Shown: in pieces, positions 51,867-64,000 of the stretch
Numbering within the stretch: the first letter of the stretch is position 1
Layout: each line of letters starts with the position of its first letter
Assembly: GCA_021613535.1 (NCBI GenBank)
Contig: CP075493.1
Coordinates: 806,001-870,000, forward strand
Origin: Adineta vaga
Taxonomy: Eukaryota; Animalia; Rotifera
Length of the DNA stretch: 64,000 nucleotides
Reading direction: 5' to 3'
Notes under the pieces: model-generated
Databases searched by the model: none
Told to the model about the DNA's origin: nothing
The model's input: only the letters and a program-made list of their open reading frames with translations
Position numbers and translations under genes: made by a program

Positions 51867-52781
51867 TCATGCAGTTATTCCTACGACATTAACTCGTTGT
51901 TTGTTTAATTTCTTCATGATTGCTATTTTCAATGGTTCGGTGTATTTAAATATAACCACAACTATGTATATTAATGATAGATTAAAGAATAAGAGGCCAA
52001 TTCGAAAATGATATTGAGGTGGAGTAGTAAAAAACGATATTAAAATGAATGTGGCGTATGGTAAACCAATTGCTACTAAAACAAATACAACTATAACTAT
52101 ACGTTCAATCATTTTTAATTCACGTTGAACTCGAAATAAAACATTTGTGGTTGTAACACGTTGACTTAATGTTTTGACATAGAGAATTAATTTTAAATAC
52201 ATAAATATAATCAAGAAAATAGGCATACCATATGCATTAACTATAATAAAAATCATTGCAAAGGAAAACTCAAGTCGAATTAGACATATTTGATTTTTAA
52301 CATTATAACTCATATCACCAGTAAACATAAATGCAACAGGATATAGAAATGCATACATCCATGTTATAGCAATGAAGATAAATTGAAATTGTTGTGATTG
52401 ATAAAATAGACGTGTTGGATAAACAGTAGTCATATAACGAAATTGAGTTTGCAGTAAAAATGAATAATTAATTAAAGAATACGATGCATGACCTACATAA
52501 CCTCGAAAGAAACATAACATATCATGATGTTCGATTCGTTGAAGATCATTCTGCAATGTAAACAGATAAATCCAAAGCAAAACAGTCGCATATAAAAGTA
52601 TAGATAAACATTTATTAGCGATTATCATCATATGTGTTGTATGACAAGTTTTGTCAATTAAGATGATAAGTAGAAATAAACACATTGATATAATAGTCGA
52701 AAGCAAAACTATAATGTTGAGAATATCAATCGGAATAAACCATGATTCAGTATTTAATATAGACAAGGTTTTTTCAAACAT
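51867..52781 (-). CDS. Rhodopsin-like GPCR (KDKTCHT subfamily, divergent member)
   Basis: IDKTCHT, QFRY, NQICLI and FFTTPPQYHFRIG motifs correspond to the 3537-4457 cluster. Confidence 0.85.
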   Translation of the reverse strand: MFEKTLSILNTESWFIPIDILNIIVLLSTIISMCLFLLIILIDKTCHTTHMMIIANKCLSILLYATVLLWIYLFTLQNDLQRIEHHDMLCFFRGYVGHASYSLINYSFLLQTQFRYMTTVYPTRLFYQSQQFQFIFIAITWMYAFLYPVAFMFTGDMSYNVKNQICLIRLEFSFAMIFIIVNAYGMPIFLIIFMYLKLILYVKTLSQRVTTTNVLFRVQRELKMIERIVIVVFVLVAIGLPYATFILISFFTTPPQYHFRIGLLFFNLSLIYIVVVIFKYTEPLKIAIMKKLNKQRVNVVGITA

Positions 52782-53779
52782 CGTCAAAAAAGATGGAATT
52801 AATATGTTTGATGAAAGAAATATAAAACTCTCACTTATTTGTATACATTGTTAACATGATGCAAATAGATCCATTAAACATAAGTTGTCTTTCATGCTTT
52901 GATAATTTGTATTTTTGAAAGCATCATTAAAATCAAGCTAGATGAAACCATAAGAAGAAATATCATACTTTGGAAATGTAATTATGAATAAACGTGCATG
53001 AGTTGAAAATAGATTAAATAATTATCAAATTATACTTCTGAAAATTAACAGATTTATTTCCATCAGACTATTGTTTCCATATTTTCTTATATTTGTTCGT
53101 TCTTGTAGGATAATCGTGTAAAAAGATTTTAATGGAGTTGAAAACTCTGTTATCTTGAATTTTTATCGATATAATAAGATAGATAGATAGATTACAAACT
53201 AATCGATTAGCTTATGTATAGTGATATGTTTATCTTTTCTTCATTTATGTGCACACTAAACTATATCCTGACCTATCCTTCTTTATTTGTTCTTTCTATT
53301 ATGAGATTTTCCATTTTTTTGACATAGTACAGATCACATTCACACCGTTAATGACTTTCAAAAATCGAGATCTCTTTCACCATCTCTCTATATGCAACAA
53401 TCAATTTTTGTGAACAGAATAAAAACATAATTATACTTCTTCCTAGTATAGTAGTCGCGTCTCCGACAACTTGCTATGAAAAAAAAAACTCCCAGACAAC
53501 GAATATAAATAATTACTATATTCTCCTCTTCCTACTTCGTTTATTATGAAAAAAAGAAATTGTTATGTTCATTTTGGGAATAAAAAGACGTTCTTGATGG
53601 AAACGGGAGAATTGTCTCTTGAAAATTTCTTTTCTGAGAGAAAATGAATATCATGAAATGTGCAACTAGTTTCTAAGATAGTTTCCTACACAGAAATAAC
53701 CTAAGGAAAAAAAGAGTCGGAACAATTTCATCAATACAGATAGATTTGAAATAAATATTTTTTCTAGATAAAAAAAATC

Positions 53780-54829
53780 ATGGATTCGTCTCTTAATGAC
53801 TTAACATTGAACGATGCTGATTCTACTTACGATAAGAACGATACTCAAACTTCTAGTTCAACAGAACTTGCCAAAGAAGCAATGGACAGAAGTGCTTCAG
53901 ATTCTGATCCACCAGTTCAAGTAGCGTCGCCTCGGTTACGTAAGTGAAATTCGAAGGAGTTTTCCTAACACTGATAATAAGAAATAGAAATCAAGTTTTA
54001 ATTGGAAACATTTCAACATTATGCACTGTCATGTCTAATTTCTCTGAATTCCCGATGCCTATGAAACTTTTCATTAGTAAACATTCTGCCGTATTCTAAT
54101 TTAGATTTGAATCCAGTAATTGCACAAAGACTTTCAAAAGCGATGAGAAAATATGAAATACCGAAAGAAGAAATAAGAAAACTCTATAAACTGAAAGATT
54201 TCGAGATCGTTTTTATTTGTGATGACTCTGGTTCCATGAATACACCACTAAAAAATAGTCAACAAACACGTTGGGATATATTACGTGGCATTGTAGAAAT
54301 AGCTGTTGAGTTCGGCACGATATTTGATTCAAATGGTATTGATATTCACTTTCTCAATAGACCAGAGTTTCATAGAATCACCGATCCCAAACAAATTGAA
54401 CCGCTATTTCGTAGGCCTCCATCAGGTTACACTCCATTAACAACAGTATTGAAAAAAGTGTTGAATATGCCAGCAGCTCGTCGAGGTCATGATAAAAAAT
54501 TGTTGATATTCATTGCGACAGATGGCGAACCTACTGATGATCATGGCAATTCTGATTTACAACATTTTGAACATGTTATGCACTCCGAACGTCAATCAGA
54601 AACTACTCATGTCATGTTTCTCATATGTACAGATGAAGCAGCTCCCGTCAATTATCTAAAAAAATGGGATAGAAAAATGGTTAATGTTGATATAATCGAT
54701 ACTTTTGATAACGAACGATTGAAAGTTATGAATAAATATAAGAATAGTTATGCATTTCCGATGGCTAATTACATTATGAAAATATTACTCGGTGCCATTG
54801 ATAACCGTTTTGACCAAATCAATGACTAA
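53780..54829 (+). CDS. von Willebrand factor A domain protein, 2 exons, ~294 aa
   Basis: Exon 1 is 53780-53939 and exon 2 is 54105-54829 (phase 1). MIDAS elements ICDDSGSM, YTPL and IATDGEP are present. Confidence 0.85.
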
Positions 54830-55473
54830 CATAAAATCAATCGTAAAAATGACGATCGTGTTTCGAGAATTTTGTACTTTTATCACAGTATCAACTACTT
54901 ATTATTTCGTAATTCTACGAAAATATCGCGCTGATTTATAATCTAATGTCATACTCTCTAGATCATACATATTTAAACAGTTGTATGATAATTTTATCTT
55001 TAGCGAATAAATAATTTATGTAATATCTACAAATATACAAGTAACATGCATCTTCTCGACTTACTTAACCCTCGACTGTAGAACGCAAAAGTTTTTTTTT
55101 CAGCCTGTGCTTTTGCGAAGAACCACCCACACCTACACCCACATCCTCATTGGAATCTCTCTCTATACAAGATTCCAAATCGAAATTCGAAAGTAAGTGC
55201 TTCTCGTATCCCTGAGGGCTACCACAGCGATTTGTCACCTCCAACTCCTTGAATATGCTGTGTATCAATAACAATAATCAAATGGCATACGAACCTTTTT
55301 ACGGCTTATATTTACTGTATAAGTCCTATCTGTGGGCAGAATATGGATACAAACAGAAGGTATCATTTAGTGAGATTCCCTCATAAGTTTATTTTCAGCT
55401 TAAATATGTGTTACATAGCAGTGAGTGTGAATAGAGACGAATATGAGTTCATTATCTTTATCCTAAAAATGTC

Positions 55474-55797
55474 TTAATGTTTAAAGTCACAAATAAAATA
55501 GTCCGAAAATTCATCAAGTTTAAAAAAATAGAATTTCGTTCGTTTACCAATACAATTATTCTTAGTTTGACGACGATCGCGAGCAGTACGTGCACGAATA
55601 CGAGCGATAATACGAAGATCAGAAAGAAGAAGAGCAAGATCATCAGCAAGAGCAACAGCACGAATAGAATTCGCAGAACGAAGATCAGCAAAAGCTTCTC
55701 GAGCAGCACGATTTGCCCGATTAACACAAAGATAATCTTTCCATTTGCACACTCTATCATTCATGGAACAACGTGGACAACAAGGAATCGTTTGCAT
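55474..55797 (-). CDS. Possible small hypothetical protein
   Basis: ATG ORF with a CCPRC..C..C N-terminus and an Ala/Arg-rich helix in a locally GC-richer patch. The 3' structure is uncertain. Confidence 0.3.
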   Translation of the reverse strand: MQTIPCCPRCSMNDRVCKWKDYLCVNRANRAAREAFADLRSANSIRAVALADDLALLLSDLRIIARIRARTARDRRQTKNNCIGKRTKFYFFKLDEFSDYFICDFKH

Positions 55798-55947
55798 TCT
55801 AATTGTTCACACGTCTCGCAAAATACTTTTCACAGCAAGAAAATAAATTTTATTCTATTGAAAACAAAAATTGTGTCGACGAAAATATTTCACATTCGTT
55901 CTGTTAGAAAAATAGAATGAGTATGTTTTAAAAAGACTTTGTCAATA

Positions 55948-58320
55948 TTAAATTGATGTTTTTTGAATATTATTTGATTTACAATGAATAGAAAAGTAAA
56001 ATTGAATGAAATGATTATAAATAAAATGAATAATTGGTAATAAAATAAGTTTTGTAATTAGAAAAGTTAAAGAAAATAATTCGAGAATAACTCCAAGAAA
56101 TAAAATATTATGAAAAAGAATTTCAAATTTTCTTCCAATGGGTTGTTGATGATTTTGTATAAAAAATTCCGATTCAATTAATTGAATTATTATTTTAGTT
56201 GAAAAATGTAAATATCGTTTATAATATTCTTGAGATTTGAAAATACTTTTTGTTGTTATATCTTTACCTTTAAATAATGGAATCCATAAAGGCGAATATT
56301 TTTCTATTTGATTATCATTAAATGATTCTGTTCGATTAATAACTTTAGTTATTGTAATATCAAAATAAGGATTAGAACTTATTGTATGATTCATTTGTGA
56401 ATAATATTGACAAGAATATAAATCACGTAATTCATATTTTCCATTTTCAATTGTTTTATTAAAACCTTGTAAACAAATATAAAGATTTGAAATCGAATAA
56501 AATGAATCTATTTCAATAATTGTACATGTTGAATGTGTTAATAAAGGAATACGAAATGTTATTGTATGATTATTATTATTCATTGAACAATTAAATAATG
56601 GATAGGAAAGAAAATGATCATCATTTGTTTGTGTTATATTAATAGGAGAATTTGTACAATTTATAATTGTATTAATTAAATGAAGAATAATTACAAAAGG
56701 TTGTTCATCAAGTAATTCAAATATTGGACGTTCTTCTTCATTTTTAGGTAAAGCAAGTAATTGTAATCCACTAGTAAATTTAGCATTGAATAATTTTGAA
56801 TGACATGAATATGATGAATATTTTCAATTTTCAATTGGATATAATTGAACATATTCAATACTAAATAATGTTGCAAATGTAATTAATACAAATATTCCAC
56901 ATGATGCTATTCCACCTATCCAAAGACGACCTTCACCAATGAAATCAATTTGAGAAAAAATTCGAAGAATTTTCAAACGATATTGATGAGTTCGAGGAAA
57001 AAATGAACAAATGAAAATACAAATAAAGAAAAAAAGATAAGTGAATATAAAATACATTGAAAATGAAATATATTTGATAAAATAATATCATCAAATGAAT
57101 TGATTAGAATTTCGATACGTTCAAGTTAAACAAGAAGAGATTCTTCCAAATCGATATAGATGATATCCATATAAATCAATTCCAAAATGATTTACAACAT
57201 TTCCTTGATCAATTATCAATGGTATTATTAATAAAGAACAATCATCTTCAGTAAATGTTACTATTCCAAAATCATTCTTATTAATTGATTAAATATTGGT
57301 AATTGAATAGGATCATTATGAATTATTTGGAAATATACTTTGAATAATTAATTGTTCATCATTATAATCATAAAAAGTAATCGATTTTGATAAATAATGT
57401 ATATTAATATTAAGAGAAATAATTCCAAATAATCGACTATGAAAATTAATCCATTGAACAGAATAACCAAATTCATTTCCATTTTCTTGTTGAAGAATTT
57501 TTTTCGAATTTATTTTTATTTTACCTTTATTTAAATCAAGATGACCAAAGAAAACACGATTTAATCTAGAAATTCCAATTAAAATATCACCATAAATATT
57601 TATTGACATTGATATTAATATTTCATCTAATTTATTTCTCGTCATTTCAAATTCAATTTCAGTTAAATGAATTATTTCATAATTAAGTATTGTTGCATTT
57701 ACTGATAAATTATTAAAATCAATTTTAATATATACAATTCTAGGACAATCTTCACATTTTTCATTAATTACATTTAATTGTTCAGTTGCAATTAATAAAT
57801 GATTATTATCAATAACAATAATATTTATAAAATCATGAAAATATCGTAAATCAGATGAGATATCATTCAATAGAAATAATTTATTATGAAATGTATTTAA
57901 ATTATAAATAAGCATTTGTAAAGATGAAAATATATAAACTTCATTTATTGAAATATTTTTATTATAAACAAGAATTAAATATTCAATATTTAATTCGATT
58001 TTTTGATTATCTAATATTTTTCAAATCTAAAAGATATTCTATTTGAATAAGACCAATTTGATAATTATCATCTTGATCAATACCAATATATAAAAATAGT
58101 TGATTATTAATTGCAATAATATTTCTTATTCGATCTAATTCTTTATGAATAGTTTTCTATTGAATTGAATCTTCAAATGCTGATTTAATATAAGAATTCT
58201 TATTTGATATATTCCATATTGATAAATAACCATCTTCACTTAATGAATAATTTGATTGATAAAATGTATTGATATTATTGAGAAAGAAAATTATTATTAA
58301 ATAGATCAACATATTTTATA
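55948..58320 (-). pseudogene. Decayed paralogue of the 43711-46421 surface protein
   Basis: IDFIGEGRLWIGGIAS...YPIE, NAKFTSGLQLLALPK and FFIQNHQQPI..EILFH match the corresponding segments. Multiple frameshifts and deletions. Confidence 0.78.
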
Positions 58321-58878
58321 AATCAATGAAATAATATTCTAAATTTTATATATAAAACAAAATAAATGATTCATTTAAATATCAATATTAGTTTGAATTA
58401 ATAAAAAATCATATCAATTTTCATGTAATCTCTTCGTTCGATACCTCTCAAAATAAAATTTACAAAATGTAAAAGTCTATTCAAATATTTACTATGTCTA
58501 TATCATTGAAATTAACATGTAAGATTATCTTTCTATAATCACTATACTGAAGATGGACAAATCAAGTCGAAAAAAGTATTGAAATCGTAAATTTCCTTTT
58601 GGTTTATCAAGAACATAATTTCCATCAAGAATAAGACCTCTGTTCATTTTCACCTGGTTTACCGCGCTGTATGCCGAACGAGATTCATTAGTATTCGTTT
58701 TGCATAACTTTCCACACTTAATTTAAAAACGTCCAATCTTGCATTGCAATATATGTAAAGAAAATAATAAAAGAGACAAAATTTCATTAATGAAAAGTTA
58801 TGCCATACATCGATCTATTATTCGTCACAGACAACACAGAATGTTACTTTATTATTGAAAACAAAACCCAGAGATCAA

Positions 58879-59868
58879 CTACCAACCAATTCGAATAATT
58901 AAACCTTTGGGTTTATTAACTTGAAGATAAGAAGCTTGTTCATTATAATCATCGTAAGGAAATCCGTAAGCTAATCGATGAATACTATGATCATGCCAAA
59001 ATTTTGCATAAAAATTTGCTGGAGATTGTTGATAATATTTATGAATATTTCTTTCATGTTCATCAATATGACGATTAATTGCCGATGCTTTTTTCGGATT
59101 TTCTTGTAATTTTCCATTACATAAAAGAATTTCTTGAGTTGTATATTCTGTTGTATAAGAGGAGAAATAATTTTGATTTTCTCGACCTTTTTTAAATGAC
59201 CCATGAATTGGCGCGATGATCCGATAAGGTTGTTGATCATCAGCTAAAGATTTAAATTCATTTGGCATTTCATGACGAAATTTTCGAAATAAATCTTCTC
59301 GATTTTCTGAAGCTAATTCACCTACAATTCGATCATAATTTCCATTACGATTAACTAAACGATGTTACAATGGAAAACCAAATGCATCAACACGAGTTAT
59401 ATTTCCATGATAACCATGATCATTGATTGTAAATTCAATAAAATCAAAATAAATATTTCGATTTGGATCTGTTGGATTATTTATATCAGGTCCGACAAAA
59501 CCATTGTCAAGTGTTTTTATATAAATTGGTGAATTACAACTTAAAAACATTCGTCCAGAATTTAATTTGGGAATTGTCAACCATCGATTTGAATCGATTG
59601 AAAAACAGATTTTTGCATAATTTATTCCATTTTTTGTTAAATGATCAGGTGCATGATTTAATCCTTCGGAAATCGGTTGAATTTCTCCGGAATTATTTAA
59701 ATAACTCCATCGATTATTACGCGGATCAATTCCAATGATTGTACAATAAATTTCATGATCGGCAAATTTTCCATTTGTTCCATTTAATATTCTACAATTG
59801 ACTGAATATTCATCTTTTGGTTCAGGGATCGATGAAATTGTAATCGAAGAGATATCCGAAGCAGCCAT
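58879..59868 (-). pseudogene. GH64 beta-1,3-glucanase, intronless, with a single in-frame TAA; candidate horizontal acquisition
   Basis: Motifs SGRMFLS, NPTDPNRNIYFDFIEFT, GNITRVDAFGFP, PYRIIAP, ANFYAKFWH and AYGFPYDD. The frame stays open after TAA at 59365-59367 (HRLVNRNGNYDRIVGE). Confidence 0.85.
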
Positions 59869-60224
59869 TCTAATATTCACAATGTTTTATCATACACTCG
59901 CTTCACTTTATATATTGTCAATCAAGTAAAACGTTGTTTTTTTGTGTGACAAATTTCCCTTAAAAAGTCCCACAAAAGCAAAAGGTAAATATTATGGTGA
60001 CTCAATAATATTATTATTCACAAACGTTAAAGAACAAAAACAATTTCTCATCAACAAGTCGTAAACTGCTTATTTTGTTTTATTTATCTGACGGAAAATT
60101 ATGTTATTTCACACATTACACGATCCCTTTAATATTTATAAGCAGCAGCTTTTTTATTTCCTTTTAACAGGAACAATTATAGATCAAATAAACAATAAAT
60201 AAGATTGTTGTATTAGAATATGTA

Positions 60225-60640
60225 CCCATGAAAGATTGAGCAATACATCTAGATGAAATTCTACAGTGACAATTCGAGTATGTCATTCCATTTGACACTA
60301 TAATCGCGAATAATCGCTAAAGACCACAAAAAAACTATTCGTTATTGACAATCGAAATTCATCAATCAATCGTTGTGTTTCTGTTTGAAAAGATTGTGAA
60401 GGTATGACAGATGCGCTTACATATTGAGTTGAAATTATATTATTTATTAGTTTACAAAATGCTTGTAACACTTGAAATGCGCGTGGACCTATCGTTCGAA
60501 AATCATAGGAAACCCTAATACGAACAAATTTGATACTTTGTAAATCGAATCTCAAGAAATTTTCCATAACTGATGGTTATTTTACTGCATGGACATGTCA
60601 ATGTCTGAGAATAAATAGAATATAACTGTGAATATTGTGT
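60225..60640 (-). pseudogene. Fragment of a Cys-motif membrane-protein family
   Basis: Remnants YSQTLTCPCSKITISYGKFL, FQVLQAFCKL and CHCRISSRC lie in broken frames. Confidence 0.45.
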
Positions 60641-62136
60641 TATAATGATAAGAAAAGCAAGCAAAGAAATGCTTCTTTAGATAATCGCACACTTTTTTGC
60701 CATACCATTAATTGAGATATTGTTAGTCATTATCATTAAACAAATTATATTCGTAATACAATACACGTATTCTCAACATTCTAAGTTAAATAACTAAAAC
60801 ATGAAAAATCTTTTCTTTCATTACGATGAATTAGCTTTTTTTGATTAAAAGGAAAAACTTTAAATTTAATTGATTTTAAAATTATAGTTTTCTTTTGAGA
60901 TTGAAATTAACTGAAAACTAATTTTCTCATTGTCATAATTATTGAATTGTTCTCTTTCAGTTGTTTTGCTCATTTATTATTAACTATACAATAGAAAACA
61001 ATTGTTTGAAATCATTCGTTTTACATAGAAATCCATTCCTATGAATTTTACTATAAAAACTTTCACAAAACCATCAAGATATGGTCAATAGCAACGTGTT
61101 GTGACGGTTACTGAAGATTATCTTATTTAGTAAATACCATAATTGATTTTTATTATTTCATAGTAGAAAAGTTTTCCTTGTTCATGTTCATCTTTGTAAA
61201 TAATAATTGTGTGAATATCTGAATCTACACTTCATAATGTATGATGATTCGCTTCTTATCAACATAATCAAAAAATATCATTCAATAAATAAAGTTAAGA
61301 TGATTATTTATTCGATTTTGTTAATTAAAATGTTAAAAAATCATGAACAATAACATAAGGAAGTGTTGTACTGAAAAAAAAGACTTTAAGAATATACACT
61401 GTAATTTACGAATGAATTGAAGTTACAATAAAAAAATATAGAATGTCAATGCTTTTATGCGTAAATAATTCTTTTATCAAATATGTGGTTTTTATATGAA
61501 GACTTATTCGCCTATTTTTACAAGGTTGACTGATGACACTAGTGATTGTAAGATTGTCCTACAAATATCGTATTATTATGAATGAAGATGTCCTGAAGAA
61601 GAATTTGATCAGATAAAATCAATGAAAATTTTGAATTGAGTATTTTCTTTCTTTAATTAATACTCTATCTAATCCATCGGATGATCTTTTTCGGTAATTC
61701 GTAACTGTATGAATGTACCATTGAATTCTTTTCTTCATCTAATCTAAGATTAATTATATACAGAAATTATTGTTGAGAGTTCAGTTTCAGTTCAACGTTT
61801 TTTTTCTCATCTAAAACAAAACAATAATTCAAGAACATGAATAACGACATCAAAAAATGTCTACCGCAAATTAAAAACCTAATCAGTTTTTGATAAAACT
61901 GACGTAAATAGGCGTAAAAAAAGATCTACGTGAAAATATTTTTATTTTTCATCGCTTCTTTCATTTTTTTTGTCAAAATGAATCTCACTTAAAATATTCA
62001 AAAATACCGACGAATAAGAAGATTAATAAGCTTTCTCTAATCATTTTTTTCAATTGAAGTGGAATGTCTACAACAGAATGAAGAAGAACCATTTTCCATC
62101 GACACTTTTATTCATACGTCAATTCTTTTCATAATA

Positions 62137-63075
62137 ATGGTAGTGATCCCTGACACGATCAGACTTTGGTTATCTCTTATTATTTACATTCCTTCAACAC
62201 TTTGTACATTGTTTCTACTTTATCATCTTTTATTTGATCGAACATTACGACAAGCTCTTCACAATCATGTCATTATTCTTCTTCTTTTTGTTTGTCTCAT
62301 TGCACAAATGACAACATATCCATGGATTCTTTATTTTTATCAACATCGTGACACATGGGATCGACCGATGCTCTTCTGTACTATTTGGGGATTTCTCGAT
62401 TGGGGTCTTTATGTTGTACATACAATGTTATTTGCATGGGCAACATTCGAAAGACATATTCTCATCTTTCATGATCGATGGGTAGCAACAAGAAAACGAC
62501 GTTTTTTCGTTCATTATTTCCCAATGATATTTCTTGTTGTTTATTTATTCATCTTTTATTTTGTTATTTACTTTTTTCCACCATGTGAAAATTATTCCGA
62601 TTCTATATCTCCTGTTTGTATGTGGCCATGTTTCTATGATAATTATACACTTTCAATGTATGATTATATTGTGGAACAAATCGTACCAACATTTACAATT
62701 GTTGTATGTAGTATTGGTTTACTTGGACGTGTTCTTTGGCAACGAGTTCGAATGCGTCGAACAGTTCAATGGCGAAAACATCGAAAGATGGCGATGCAAG
62801 TTTTATCAATTTCATTTGTTTATCTTTTATTATTATTGCCGTATGCGATTGTTTATATCGTTCGTATTTGTGGTTTTTCCAGTGATTTAATTGGTGATTT
62901 TTCAACATGTACGGTTTTCATTAGTTATTTCATCCTACTTTTGTTTCCTTTTGTTTGTGCATTATCATTACCAGAATTACAAAGCAAAATGAGAAGTCTT
63001 TTTGATTTACGACAACGGCGAAGACAAATTCATCCTGGAACATTATCCGTTAGAACTCATGGAACGGGAAACTAG
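62137..63075 (+). CDS. Rhodopsin-like 7TM GPCR (ERHILIFH subfamily)
   Basis: LRQALHNH, WATFERHILIFH and WRKHRKMAMQ motifs. Probable start MVVIP at 62137. Confidence 0.85.
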   Translation: MVVIPDTIRLWLSLIIYIPSTLCTLFLLYHLLFDRTLRQALHNHVIILLLFVCLIAQMTTYPWILYFYQHRDTWDRPMLFCTIWGFLDWGLYVVHTMLFAWATFERHILIFHDRWVATRKRRFFVHYFPMIFLVVYLFIFYFVIYFFPPCENYSDSISPVCMWPCFYDNYTLSMYDYIVEQIVPTFTIVVCSIGLLGRVLWQRVRMRRTVQWRKHRKMAMQVLSISFVYLLLLLPYAIVYIVRICGFSSDLIGDFSTCTVFISYFILLLFPFVCALSLPELQSKMRSLFDLRQRRRQIHPGTLSVRTHGTGN

Positions 63076-64000
63076 TGGTGTAAACAGATGGTTATTATAG
63101 TTTAGACTTAGCCTCATTAGCCAAGCATGTGACGTCAGTAAAGTGGTGGCACGGAACTCATTACTGTGAACGTGTTACTACGCCCTTAGTAGAGATGGCT
63201 AGTCATATAATTAGTTTCTACTATAATTTGGTGTTTTTTTGTTGTATTATCATCGTGTAGTGGAATTTTGTTTTCAAAATAATATAAAAATGCTTTTGAT
63301 GGAAAAAATGTCACAAAGATATGTCTATGAAGAGAGAAAAACCTCGATAACTAAAACATTCTACATGATCATATAGAGCGGAAAGTTGTGTGTTTTATTA
63401 AGTGAAATCTATTTTAACAATTCTTTTGAGTGTTTTCTTGCCATATGAATGTATCTTTATTATCTAATGGTTCACTCTCCTTAGAGATAAATCAATCCTT
63501 GATGTATATATTCTAAATATAGACTCGTACTGGAAGGACAAAATTGATCATACTAAATATTTTAACTCAATATATTTTGTTATCGTTGCAATAAAGTATA
63601 TAAGAAAGCATTTAGAATGGAAATTTTCAATATTTTTATTATTTCATCGATACTTCTTGAAGACAAACAACTATTATACCATTTAGTTTTACCTTTCTAC
63701 ATCCAATTGCATTATAAAAACCGTCAGAATTACAAAAATCTATAGTGCTGCTAATTTTGACATGTTCCATTATAACGATAAAATAAAATATTTATAAAAA
63801 TTTAATTCAAATAATGTTCCATTGTATCATATAATTATCAGTTCATTCAGTGAAAATGAAAGTAAATATATAAAAATATCTTGAAAAAACATTAATAAAC
63901 CAATTATATTGTAGACGAGAACTGTCTTTTTAATATTGACATCTATTTTTAATCTAAATTGGTATATACAAATCAAAAATGACATTTGATAAACAACAAT

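Noticed and set aside
55065-55405. piggyBac-like TTAACCC start (also at ~23209)
   Set aside because: No matching GGGTTAA right end was found.

Overview
This is AT-rich eukaryotic genomic DNA, most likely from a bdelloid rotifer. That assignment is an inference from the ~50-57 bp GT-AG introns, many rhodopsin-like GPCRs, ART-TPR, F-box/LRR-like, FG-GAP and vWA families, and bacterial-type glycoside hydrolases. The window contains: an 11-exon B-box/coiled-coil/LRR gene in which each LRR is an exact 84-bp phase-0 exon; ten 7TM receptor loci, including a tandem cluster of close paralogues at 1-15350; two candidate horizontally acquired glycosidases (a GH99/WbsX-like gene with three introns and an intronless GH64 beta-1,3-glucanase with one nonsense codon); and many disrupted genes. 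Mobile elements include a non-autonomous hAT with an 8-bp TSD, a compound HINE/MITE/mariner insertion, a second HINE, a decayed mariner, a long-TIR MITE and an RTE LINE fragment. About 15 short, degenerate palindromes built from GGGTGT-like (telomere-like) units are dispersed through the intergenic DNA, often near gene 3' ends. Exon models were built by hand and no database searches were run.
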